Virus record (IMG/VR): IMGVR_UViG_3300012983_000045
Coordinates: 7,875-71,874 of that record
Length of the DNA stretch: 64,000 bases
From: a virus
Lineage: Duplodnaviria > Caudoviricetes
Strand: one strand, 5' to 3'
Positions 48,036 to 57,336 of this stretch are shown here, one piece after another. Below the pieces are notes generated by a model. That model saw only the letters and a list, made by a program, of their open reading frames with translations. It was not told the DNA's origin and made no database searches. Numbering within the stretch: position 1 is the stretch's first letter; the number at the start of each line of letters is the position of its first letter. The position numbers were made by a program, and so were the translations under genes.

Positions 48036-48514
48036 TCAATCTTTCTTATCCGTTGTAAACATCACACCGTCTTCTTCGCCGATTACAGCACGGGCAACGT
48101 CTTCCATCAATGTGGAAACAAGACCATGCGGATCATGCAGATTGTCGTTCCAGAACTGGACGACTTCTGGTTTGAACACAACATAATTAATCGGATTCAC
48201 CATAATTCCCTCAATGGTAGTTGCATAAGAAAATGCCGGATTGCCTTCGAATGCCGACGAATTATATCAACTTTCTTAGGCTCAGTATTTGCCGGGATTA
48301 CTTCAATAAACACAGAAACATTTCCAAAATCTTTTTGTACCGGAAGAATCTCATCAAGAGCAGCAGCTTTAATTTCATTTTCTACATACAGCTTAATGTG
48401 AAGTTCGTCCTCGTCAAATGCTACCTTAATATCAGGGTCCGCACCAAACAGTGCCTCGACCTGTCTATAGTACGTAATCCATGGTGGAGCTAATTTTACT
48501 TCTTTGTTTTCCAT
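48036..48514 (-). pseudogene. Conserved phage hypothetical gene with an apparent 1-nt frameshift near 48254
   Basis: After KVDIIR the protein-like text continues in another frame (AFEGNPAFSYATTIEG...FTTDKKD*) to TGA at 48038-48036. Could be an assembly error. Confidence 0.5.
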
Positions 48515-48553
48515 AACCTTTTACCTCATTTTTAAAAATAGGAGGGGAGCCAA

Positions 48554-49171
48554 TTACTCCTCTACATAAACAAAGTGTGTACCGATGTTTGGTACTACGT
48601 TAGAGATCTTTCTATATTTGGTGATTGCTTTTGCGACTTCATCAGTTAAAGGAATAGTTCCTCTATATGAGAACTGACGAATCCCATTCTCATCACATTC
48701 ACAATAACAAAATCCTTTACGGTCATCATCCCACTCAATAAAAGATTTTAATTTAAGTTCAGTGTCTTCCTCTGGTTCTTCTTCATAATCAGGATCAAAA
48801 GTAAACAATACTGCTTTAAAATTCTGCACAAAATCATTTCTTTTTGCATCAATAACAAATTTAGAATTCACAGTATCCTCAACATAACACTTACAATCAA
48901 CCGCAATATAGAGACCTGTATTAGTATTAAACGCCTGTTCAAGATACAATTTTTCTTCTTTTCCATCAATGGTTAAGATATATTCCTTATTATATGCGAA
49001 TTTGTCAACCTCCAAGAGGAACGGTTCATAATCACCATTTAGAATAAAATCCAAAATAACCTCTTGAAGCGTTTCATTATCTGCAATCAGAGCAACTTCA
49101 CCATCTTCGGCGATAACATCCATCAACTCTGATTCTAATTCATACACTTCATTATAATAAATCATATGCAT
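48554..49171 (-). CDS. Acidic hypothetical protein
   Basis: Intact 205-aa ORF with RBS. Confidence 0.7.
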   Translation of the reverse strand: MHMIYYNEVYELESELMDVIAEDGEVALIADNETLQEVILDFILNGDYEPFLLEVDKFAYNKEYILTIDGKEEKLYLEQAFNTNTGLYIAVDCKCYVEDTVNSKFVIDAKRNDFVQNFKAVLFTFDPDYEEEPEEDTELKLKSFIEWDDDRKGFCYCECDENGIRQFSYRGTIPLTDEVAKAITKYRKISNVVPNIGTHFVYVEE

Positions 49172-49183
49172 TCCTTTTCTTCC

Positions 49184-50383
49184 TTAAAACTTTATATCAT
49201 ATATACAATCAAGACCATCCTTATTAGTTACGACACAAACGGTTTGCTCCGCACCCCCAAGCAATCTATTATCAGCAGCATACGTATCCATACCGGATAA
49301 ACATCCGGTCTGCACAACTTTAATCCCAGATTGTGTATCATACTTATTTGTGTGTTTATGTCCAGTCAAAACAATTGATGGTTTATCTCCAAACATACGC
49401 TGCATAGTTTCTCCGAGTGTGGCAAATGGATCTTTGTCGCCATGGACGGCCATTATTAATCTTGCTCCAATTCTGAAAATTACGGTACCATGATGGTATC
49501 TGTTTTCTTCAAGATGAACACAATCATCATTCTGAAATTTCCCCTTCAAGAAAGGAATAATAAGATTATCCAAATTTTCATGAGAAATTTCCTCATTTTT
49601 ATTTGGGTTAATTCTACTATGATTTCCGGGAGCAACGAATACACTCACATGATTAAATTTGGTACGTAATTGCTCAATAAAATAACAAATGTGTTCCATT
49701 ACCATAAGAAATTGATCAATAACATCCTGATTTGCCTCTAGCCTAAGAGCATTATGAATTAAGCCAGAAATTGCCTCACTGATAACAACATATGCACCAT
49801 TTGCTACATGGCGTTCTTTAATCTCAAAGATCTTATCCAAATACTTATCCAGCCTCTCCTTGAGAACATCTTCGTTATACTCATTCCACCAATTCTTTGT
49901 AACAATACCTCCATGAATATCATAAAGTGGGATAAGAAGAGCAGACTCACTTTTAGGATTATCATGTTGTTTCGGGGTATATGTTAAAGGAATTTTGCTT
50001 GTACTTTCAGAAATAGTTCGTTGAATTTGTTCAAGAAAAGACTCTTTACGAGCCTCCTCTCTAAGAAGTCTACGGTACTCATTCCGTTCATCGCGTACTT
50101 TCACCTTTTCTTTTTCTAGTTCACGACGAATCTCAATTAACTCTTCCGCTGTACCGTTATCAGCATTGCAATTAAACTCATTCCTAAACTGCTTTAATAA
50201 ACTATATTTTTTTCTATATGCAGATTCTGTCCAATACTCAGATGGATCACGTAACTCCTTATTTAATATATCTGCAAGTTCTGGCCATGTCATGTCTAAC
50301 AAACCAGATTCTTTTGCATCGCCAAGACGGATTATATATTTCAATTCAGATTCACCCGGAAGTCGGGCGGCAGAGAAGGACAT
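49184..50383 (-). CDS. Calcineurin-like metallophosphoesterase with N-terminal coiled coil (YonJ-like)
   Basis: LYDIHGG (DxH), APGNHSR (GNH), AVHGD, TGHKH motifs. Confidence 0.8.
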   Translation of the reverse strand: MSFSAARLPGESELKYIIRLGDAKESGLLDMTWPELADILNKELRDPSEYWTESAYRKKYSLLKQFRNEFNCNADNGTAEELIEIRRELEKEKVKVRDERNEYRRLLREEARKESFLEQIQRTISESTSKIPLTYTPKQHDNPKSESALLIPLYDIHGGIVTKNWWNEYNEDVLKERLDKYLDKIFEIKERHVANGAYVVISEAISGLIHNALRLEANQDVIDQFLMVMEHICYFIEQLRTKFNHVSVFVAPGNHSRINPNKNEEISHENLDNLIIPFLKGKFQNDDCVHLEENRYHHGTVIFRIGARLIMAVHGDKDPFATLGETMQRMFGDKPSIVLTGHKHTNKYDTQSGIKVVQTGCLSGMDTYAADNRLLGGAEQTVCVVTNKDGLDCIYDIKF

Positions 50384-50384
50384 A

Positions 50385-50630
50385 TTATTCCTCCTCCAAC
50401 TCTTTTGTTAAATCCTCTTCTGTCTTCATCGCAATAGATAACTCAATCGTCATACCCTTGAACGGAGAAAGGCATTTATCTACGGAAATTGTTGTCTCCT
50501 CTTTATTGGAGTTTGTATAATAAATTTCCTTACCATCCGTGGAGAGATCTCCCTTAATTGCAAATCTTTTATTAATCTTCTCATTATAAGTATAATTCTT
50601 TGCCATAATCCTTTTCCCCCTATTAATCAT
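50385..50630 (-). CDS. YonK-like small protein
   Basis: Intact ORF; size, composition and position before the YonJ-like gene match SPbeta gene order. Confidence 0.5.
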   Translation of the reverse strand: MINRGKRIMAKNYTYNEKINKRFAIKGDLSTDGKEIYYTNSNKEETTISVDKCLSPFKGMTIELSIAMKTEEDLTKELEEE

Positions 50631-51241
50631 AAAACACTATCTAAATCTATATCTACACCAATAATCTTATCAACAACACCAAGTTCCTTTGCCCGATCAG
50701 CATACATATATAACTCAGTATCATAGTATTGGTCGTAAAATTCTTCCGTCATCTTAGTGCGAGAGAGTACAAATTCCTTTGTTCTCTGGTCTCCACTTTC
50801 AAAGAATGCAACAGTATCTTTTACTTTTTTTGCACTATTGGAAATGCTAACACTCCCGTCATGCTGTAAAAATACAGAGTTCTTGAAAGCAATCCTGTCA
50901 TGACAAGCAAGAAATACATGATAACAAGCACTTGCCACCAATGATAATCCAATACCAATAACTGGTGTTTTACTTGCAACAATAACATCAACAACATTCT
51001 GAGAAACAAATGTATCTCCACCAACACTGCTCATATAAATCTTAATTGGTTTCCTAGCTTCTACCGGAAGATTGATATCTTCCTTATTCCATTTAAGAAT
51101 GTAAAGAACAATGTCTTCCACCATATTGTCACTAACTTCATCATTAAAAACAAGAATTCTATCTTCAAGATATTCTCTATACAATTCCTCATATGCGTTC
51201 GCTTGGTTATTTAATCCTGTAGGTATAATAAATCCATCCAT
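50627..51241 (-). CDS. clpP: ClpP-family serine protease
   Basis: DRILVF, IKIYMSSVGG, VASA (Ser), LQHDG (His), MYADRAKELGVVDKI. Confidence 0.85.
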   Translation of the reverse strand: MDGFIIPTGLNNQANAYEELYREYLEDRILVFNDEVSDNMVEDIVLYILKWNKEDINLPVEARKPIKIYMSSVGGDTFVSQNVVDVIVASKTPVIGIGLSLVASACYHVFLACHDRIAFKNSVFLQHDGSVSISNSAKKVKDTVAFFESGDQRTKEFVLSRTKMTEEFYDQYYDTELYMYADRAKELGVVDKIIGVDIDLDSVL

Positions 51242-51243
51242 GA

Positions 51244-51558
51244 TTACACCTCCGCAAACTTCTCGATTTTTTTAAACCGCTCCTCGATTGCAGCATCAAC
51301 TCTGCGTTGAACCTCTCGCTCAATCATTTCATCCATATCAGGCTTAGAAACCGATTTATTCTTTTCGTTTTCCTCCATAATCCGGTTGAAATCATTTTCG
51401 AATTTTTCATCACTCAGAAAAACAAAAACGCTACGCTTCCCGTCTGGGTCGGCGTGGTCTTGTTTAATATCAATAATTCTGTTTCCTTCCGCAAGCAACT
51501 GGCGAGCAATTCTTGCCTTTCTAACAATTTTAGCTTTTACGTCTTGTGTATTCTGCAT
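51244..51558 (-). CDS. Hypothetical protein (DUF5659-like N-terminus)
   Basis: IARQLLAEGNRIIDIK.......SVFVF; likely start ATG at 51558. Confidence 0.6.
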   Translation of the reverse strand: MQNTQDVKAKIVRKARIARQLLAEGNRIIDIKQDHADPDGKRSVFVFLSDEKFENDFNRIMEENEKNKSVSKPDMDEMIEREVQRRVDAAIEERFKKIEKFAEV

Positions 51559-51600
51559 TCCCTTTTTCTCCTTATTTTTCATAAAATAAAAAGAAGCCAT

Positions 51601-52428
51601 TTAGGCTTCTTGAAATAAATTCGCAAACAATCTGCTTGTTGCACTTCTTACGTCCTCTTCCAACGTAATTGTCGCGAACAACGGATTCCCCTTAAATGTG
51701 TCGCACATGCGAAGTAATGGTGAATTAACACTTCCGTTTGCGGCTTGACGGTAATCTCCATCAAAAACAATCTTACTTCCTTCGCCAACACGGGTCCCTA
51801 TCATTCGTATCTATTTTTCGGACAAATCCTCGGACTCATCAATAACCATCCAAGTATCTTGATAAGAAGTACCTTTCATATATGTAGGAATATTGAAATC
51901 CAAAATCCCCTGTTGCTTTAACTGCTCAACTTCCCAGTCTTTTCCGTCAAGCTGTTGGACAAGTGGCAATGTCCACACTTGATTTTTCTGGGTAAAATCT
52001 CCGGGCAAAAAACCAAGTTCTCGACCTTCGCCCATTGGTTCTCTCACTCCAAGAATGTGAGACTGCCAGCCCTTTTCTTTGACGGCAAATAGTCCCATCT
52101 GCATACACAGATAACTCTTGCCACTGCCAAATTCTCCAAGTATTGCACATACAGTAATATTCGGATTATTCAACATATCAAGAGCACATCTCTGTAAAGA
52201 GTTCTTTCCTTTAATAAATTTAGACGGCGGAAGTTTCAAAGCAACAAACTTTTCACCATCCCAACGCATTTCACGTTCGGTTCCATCATCTGTATTTCGA
52301 ATAATTAGATATTCGTTACAGTTCCAAATAGCAGTATTAATGTACGACATATACTCATTTATCTGAGATGTCGTACCTTCCACCATTTTATAGCCCTTGT
52401 AGTTATTTGTATCAATCAAGCATTTCAC
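51601..52428 (-). CDS. phoH: PhoH-family ATPase, 275 aa, single TAG
   Basis: GEFGSGKS, MKGTS, IDESEDLSEK*IRMIGTRVGEGSKIVFDGD; joins track ORFs 51811..52428 and 51601..51804. Confidence 0.85.
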
Positions 52429-52613
52429 CGCCCATCATGTACTTCCAAAACTTCTTGTTTTCTAAATTGTTCAAGTAACTTCATAGATTTCGGCGCAGTC
52501 GTTAACCAATAACGTTTACCCCGTTTTTTATGAGTTTGACTACTCATGTGAACATCATTCCATCGCCCATGATCGCGCAGATAAAATGCTTCGGCTTTGC
52601 TGATTTTTAACAA
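52425..52613 (-). CDS. Small basic hypothetical protein
   Basis: Intact 62-aa ORF; its stop overlaps the phoH start. Confidence 0.6.
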   Translation of the reverse strand: MLKISKAEAFYLRDHGRWNDVHMSSQTHKKRGKRYWLTTAPKSMKLLEQFRKQEVLEVHDGR

Positions 52614-52752
52614 ATTATTTCACTCCTAAATGATATATTTACGCACAAAAATAAGACGGCATTAAGCCGCCTTAAAAACAATGCGTATTATGTTTTATAG
52701 TCATTAGCGTTATCCAAGACGCACCACGAGGAGGTTGACTATCTTGCGTCTT

Positions 52753-52826
52753 TTGCAGGAACCAGATTTGAACTGGTGACCTCTGGCCCATGAAGCCAGC
52801 GAGCTTCCGAACTGCTCCATCCTGCG
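52753..52826 (-). tRNA. tRNA-Met(CAU), initiator-type body with altered anticodon arm
   Basis: CGCAGGA/TCCTGCA acceptor with C1:A72 mismatch, A11:U24, anticodon arm CTGGC-TT-CAT-GG-GCCAG, T arm ACCAG-TTCAAAT-CTGGT. Confidence 0.85.
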
Positions 52827-52833
52827 TCAATAA

Positions 52834-53031
52834 TTACGGATTATCATGAGGGTTGTGACCCTTGCCATGACCATTGTGATGACCATTGTCATTGTCATAG
52901 CCCCATGCGTGACCGTGACCATGTCCGTGACCTGGCTCTTCTGGAATACAAGAACCACCGGAACAAGTAATAATATCTTCAAAGTCAAGTCTGATGAACT
53001 CAACCGAAGGTGCCGTATATTTCTGTTTCAT
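52834..53031 (-). CDS. His/Gly-rich peptide with YxxP leader (RiPP-precursor-like), 65 aa
   Basis: MKQKYTAPSVEFIRLDFEDIITCSGGSCIPEEPGHGHGHGH...; GAGGTG RBS. Confidence 0.7.
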   Translation of the reverse strand: MKQKYTAPSVEFIRLDFEDIITCSGGSCIPEEPGHGHGHGHAWGYDNDNGHHNGHGKGHNPHDNP

Positions 53032-53129
53032 ACTTTCTCACCTCTAAAAAAGTGGCAACCATTGCAGCCGCATACAAACCATTGAGTCTATTATGCAACA
53101 CTACAAAAAACTTTACTGCGGATTTTATC

Positions 53130-53216
53130 GAATATTAGACTTTACGAATTAATCTTTATTACATAAAGATCTTTGATATATAATCGTTAACCGCTAAATA
53201 TTGAGCATTGAGCTTT
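53130..53216 (-). repeat. Degenerate 7-nt-period array in a ~330-nt noncoding region
   Basis: AAAGCTC AATGCTC AATATTT AGCGGTT AACGATT ATATATC AAAGATC, a 10-nt linker, then AAAGATT AATTCGT AAAGTCT AATATTC. Confidence 0.55.
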
Positions 53217-53374
53217 TACACAATGTGTCATAGAATTATACAAATATACACTCATCTGTATAAATACTATCTGCATACCCAATAACGCAGATTATATATT
53301 TTCCTGAAGCGGAGATAAGGCTCTCCGCAAGCCACATAAGTCTATGGTTTTCGCAATAGCTGCCAAAATTAATA

Positions 53375-54010
53375 TTATACTTCTATATAAGTAACTGAAT
53401 TACTGATACTCAGCCGGACATCAACATCCGCTTCGAATGCATCGATTGCCGATTCAAGCGTCTGAATTTTCTCATATAAACCCAACGGATCTATAAGTTC
53501 CCATTCATTTTTGGCTCTGTACGGGTCAGATATAGTGGATAAATCCGTTTCAGATACTTTCTTCTCGGAATCCTTCCCAAGAAATGTTTCAAGCATTTTA
53601 TCCACTTGAGCATCAACACGATTATTTTCTTTGGTAACCATATCTGTTATCTTCGCATATTGGCTTTTCATTTCACCTAATAATGCTTTATCATAACAAA
53701 TTGAATTCTTGCGCTCAATTGCCTCTGCAACAGTATATGTTTCTCCGGCAATTTCAACAGTAGTAACAGCGTTGCTTTGCACTACCGCTGATTTAATTTT
53801 TGCTCGATTGGCAATAAGGTCTTTAACCGACTGATACGAAGACTTTGCAAGTTCTACAAAATTATCAGTCTTGAAGTTCCCCACTTTGTCCGAGGACTTC
53901 TTCTTACCGCCAATAAAGACAGAAGAGCAGAGTGCTTTTGTTATTTTCGAGTCATACAGTTTCAATTCCGTAAGTGCTTCAGTAATACTAATTCTTCTTG
54001 TATCAGCCAT
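53375..54010 (-). CDS. Conserved helical protein, possibly DIP1984 (septicolysin)-like
   Basis: Intact 211-aa ORF; pattern EAL.EL...I / LI..R...SNA.T.V...G..TVAEAI / D..LS.SN..T.IE. Confidence 0.7.
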   Translation of the reverse strand: MADTRRISITEALTELKLYDSKITKALCSSVFIGGKKKSSDKVGNFKTDNFVELAKSSYQSVKDLIANRAKIKSAVVQSNAVTTVEIAGETYTVAEAIERKNSICYDKALLGEMKSQYAKITDMVTKENNRVDAQVDKMLETFLGKDSEKKVSETDLSTISDPYRAKNEWELIDPLGLYEKIQTLESAIDAFEADVDVRLSISNSVTYIEV

Positions 54011-54077
54011 GATAATTCTCCTTTTAATCCTTATATATTTTGGCGGAATTAGGTCTCCGCCAAGACCATATCTATTA

Positions 54078-54356
54078 TTAGTTCAGAGCGTCTTTAACAG
54101 CTTTACCGAACTTAGCCTTCGGCGAAAATTTTGCCGGGATCTTAATTGATTCACCAGTCCGGGGATTGCGACCAGTTCTTGCTTCCTTATAATCTGCAAC
54201 AAACTTGATTGCGTTGAACGGAGTAACTCCATCATCATCCTTCATGTGATCGAGAACAATCTCCCTCATTACGCCGAGAGTTTCGCGAATAGCCTTCTGT
54301 GTCATACCAGTCTGAACTGCTGCTTCCTTAATAAAATCTGAATGGTTCATAATCAT
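54078..54356 (-). CDS. hup: HU-family DNA-binding protein (YonN-like)
   Basis: ARTGRNPRTGESIKIPAK..PKAKFGKAVKDALN arm motif. Confidence 0.9.
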   Translation of the reverse strand: MIMNHSDFIKEAAVQTGMTQKAIRETLGVMREIVLDHMKDDDGVTPFNAIKFVADYKEARTGRNPRTGESIKIPAKFSPKAKFGKAVKDALN

Positions 54357-54588
54357 TTCTCCTTTTAATCATTAATTAATTTGTTTGTTTGAAAAATTGC
54401 GCAAGGATGTTTTACCGTCCCACATCCAAAGGTCTGTCCTTTTCTTCATGAAGTCCTTATTTTTTAACACCGCACTCGGCAATAGCGGTGTAGAGATATA
54501 TGTGAAAAATCCCCTTCATATAAGGAATTTTAGCGATTTAAAAAATACGTTGATTTTATTGGGGATTTTTAATATTTAAAAATCGGAC

Positions 54589-57336
54589 TTAAGTAAACTT
54601 TATAAAGCAATTCAAGAATTTTTCAGTATTTGACCGATATAACATATTCAACATCTTGCGAGTATATTTCGATGAATCCCTATACACACGATCAGACGGA
54701 GTATTTCTTTCAAGGCCAAGACTTGTTTCAATAAGTCTATATACTGTTAATTGACTCATTTTAATTCCACGGAGTACTTGCAATACATATTCTGTTTTTT
54801 CAATATATGGAAGAATGCCGTCTTCATCTTCTTCATCGTATGTGGACATAAATTTTTTTACAAAAAGATCATAATTCTCTATAATACTACGAATTTTACC
54901 CATCTGCCGATTGTTCGCTGTTTTATCATCTAATCTAGGAATTAAATATTCATACGTCTCACGAAAATTTCTTCTATTTGCCCCCTGAATTTTATCTAGA
55001 CATTCCTGAAGCCAATTCATGGGACAAATTAACGATTCATCGATTCTGCACTTAACCTTTGTTTTTTCCTTTTTAATTTCCGAATAAGGACGTTCTTTGC
55101 CATTTTTAGTAACGGCAATCTTATAGGTATACTTCATGAACTTAGGATAATCCTTCTCACGAGTCATGCACTGCTGAGAACGAATTCTTTGGATTTCCTC
55201 CGAGGCATCTACGGAAAACACTTTCTTACACCCATCGATAGCCACCTGGGCAAGTACAGCCAGTATAACAGTATTATGATATAATTGCCAATATTCCGCA
55301 TCATACTCACGCTTCGCAACTTTTGTCCACATATAACTCTGAGCTAACTGTGCAGAGTCACTGCTTCCACCTATAGCCTTCTGAGCACCTTGCATAGCCG
55401 AATCCATTCGTGCATACTCTGACATTGTGTTATCATAAGTCATACCGCTTTCTGGAATTTCGTTAACAACGGTGGGATATTCTTTATATGCAATCTTCGC
55501 ACACTTAACCATCTCGGGCTGATTGGTAACGAAATTAAAGTCCGAGTCAAAATCTTCGCCATTCATTCTCGCCTGGATATCTGTATGTATACAGTTAACC
55601 GCCATGATGTTGCCACTAAACTCAAAGTATTTTTCCATCAATGGATGACATACGTTTTTGAAGTAACCAAGATTATTTGCAGAATTATGTGGATTTCTTA
55701 TTCCACACAAATATTCCCCGTCAGAAAATCTTGTAGTATATACCTGTATAACTCCATCTTCTGGTCGCAGCGTCGGATCATTATTCCAGTCCTTGCCTAC
55801 AGTATGGAGCAGAAGAGCATATGGATTTCCACATACCGTTAAATTATCCCCCGGCACTGTAATCTTGCCTTTGCGAAGTCGTGACACATATGAATTAATG
55901 ATTCGCGATTTATCAACCTTCCACATCCGACTATTTTCAAAATCATGATTCCACGCATACAGGTCAGCAAGCATTTCGTAATGATTAACCAGAGTTGCAT
56001 TCTTGCGCAGAAATTTCTCAAACTCATCATTATCACGCTTGAGCAGCTCTACATAATCAACACTGGTTTTTGCAATACAGTAAATATCATCCTCAGTACA
56101 AGGAAGAGTGTTTATCATTTGATAACTCATCTGTTGGACTTCACCAAGCTTTGACACATGGTCGGTTTTGACAATTCCCCATAAACAATTATTCTCCCGG
56201 ACTCGTTCACGCCAATAGGAATAAGCTGCCGGAAGAGTACCACCCATAAGATCAGCGAACTTTTTCCACTTAATAGCATTGTCGGTAGTTATCATCTTGA
56301 TATTTTTTGCCAAATGACGCACACCAAAAATATCTTCTATATAATATGTGGAATAATCAATCCCGTTCTCATTACAGTAATCTTGAATGAATTTCTGTAT
56401 ACGAGTACGAAACGCACAGGCTTTGAAAAAATGATTGCGGAGTAATGCCATCCCGTTGCACCAGTCCGGTAGAGAAGATGATTCAATCAGAGCCATACCA
56501 TCCCAGATGGTATTCTTAACATCAACTTCTTTACGCTCAACAACACATTTTTTCTTTTTACAAGGAACAATATCATACTGTTTGGTATCTGGATTTAATA
56601 CTCGCTCAAAAGTATCATAGTCTTCCGCTTTGACAACATCTGCAATTGTGCGGAAAAAACTGTCCTGGTCTTTTAGTATTAATACATCATCTATGTCGAT
56701 GTGGATGGTTCCTTCAATAGCAGAAGTAGTAAGTGGGGCATAAGCAGACAATTCTACAATCTTGGCTCCATGTAGCGGTAATCGTTTATCCAACCCCATA
56801 GTAAGCCAATCACGGGCGATATCATACAGTTCCTCCCTAATAAACATACATTGACCCACTTTGGCCTTTGAAGGATTCCGGTATAACATTTTATAATTAA
56901 TTGTTTCCTCGATGATTTCGCCTGTCTTCTTATCTGTATACCCATAGGTAATTGGAACACCTTCTTCATAAAATACCCGGCGGATCTCATCCTTTGGCAT
57001 TTCTTTGAACAAATGTCTACGGCTGCGGATTTTCTCCTCCAAGGCGTCATAGTATTTTCGGCGTTCTTCATCATCTCCGGCTTTTTTGCGCTCTTCCTTT
57101 AGATGTTTGAGTTCCTCCTCATAGCTACGAACTTTAAAACCAAAATCCATGCAGATAACATCCTTGGTAGATTCATCTTTTTTATCTGTCTTCATTCCGT
57201 GGGATTTGAGAAATTGAGTAAATAATGAATGGTGGAGCATTGCATCTGTATAATCGTATCTGTCGCGAACACCCATGTTCTTTCCGGCAACAGATCCAGC
57301 TTTGAAATTTTTTATCTTCCATCCGTACTCACCTAT
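54589..57336 (-). CDS. yonO: YonO-like single-subunit DNA-dependent RNA polymerase (RdRP-like double-psi barrel)
   Basis: 895-aa track ORF with DGMALI, GNPYALL, RNPHN and GEDFDSD metal-binding motif; SPbeta-like gene order. Frame extends 20 codons upstream to an RBS-preceded ATA at 57336. Confidence 0.85.
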   Translation of the reverse strand: MGEYGWKIKNFKAGSVAGKNMGVRDRYDYTDAMLHHSLFTQFLKSHGMKTDKKDESTKDVICMDFGFKVRSYEEELKHLKEERKKAGDDEERRKYYDALEEKIRSRRHLFKEMPKDEIRRVFYEEGVPITYGYTDKKTGEIIEETINYKMLYRNPSKAKVGQCMFIREELYDIARDWLTMGLDKRLPLHGAKIVELSAYAPLTTSAIEGTIHIDIDDVLILKDQDSFFRTIADVVKAEDYDTFERVLNPDTKQYDIVPCKKKKCVVERKEVDVKNTIWDGMALIESSSLPDWCNGMALLRNHFFKACAFRTRIQKFIQDYCNENGIDYSTYYIEDIFGVRHLAKNIKMITTDNAIKWKKFADLMGGTLPAAYSYWRERVRENNCLWGIVKTDHVSKLGEVQQMSYQMINTLPCTEDDIYCIAKTSVDYVELLKRDNDEFEKFLRKNATLVNHYEMLADLYAWNHDFENSRMWKVDKSRIINSYVSRLRKGKITVPGDNLTVCGNPYALLLHTVGKDWNNDPTLRPEDGVIQVYTTRFSDGEYLCGIRNPHNSANNLGYFKNVCHPLMEKYFEFSGNIMAVNCIHTDIQARMNGEDFDSDFNFVTNQPEMVKCAKIAYKEYPTVVNEIPESGMTYDNTMSEYARMDSAMQGAQKAIGGSSDSAQLAQSYMWTKVAKREYDAEYWQLYHNTVILAVLAQVAIDGCKKVFSVDASEEIQRIRSQQCMTREKDYPKFMKYTYKIAVTKNGKERPYSEIKKEKTKVKCRIDESLICPMNWLQECLDKIQGANRRNFRETYEYLIPRLDDKTANNRQMGKIRSIIENYDLFVKKFMSTYDEEDEDGILPYIEKTEYVLQVLRGIKMSQLTVYRLIETSLGLERNTPSDRVYRDSSKYTRKMLNMLYRSNTEKFLNCFIKFT

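Noticed and set aside
53130-53216. CRISPR or mini-CRISPR array
   Set aside because: Units are 7 nt and degenerate, with no repeat-spacer structure; no CRISPR array was seen anywhere in the window.
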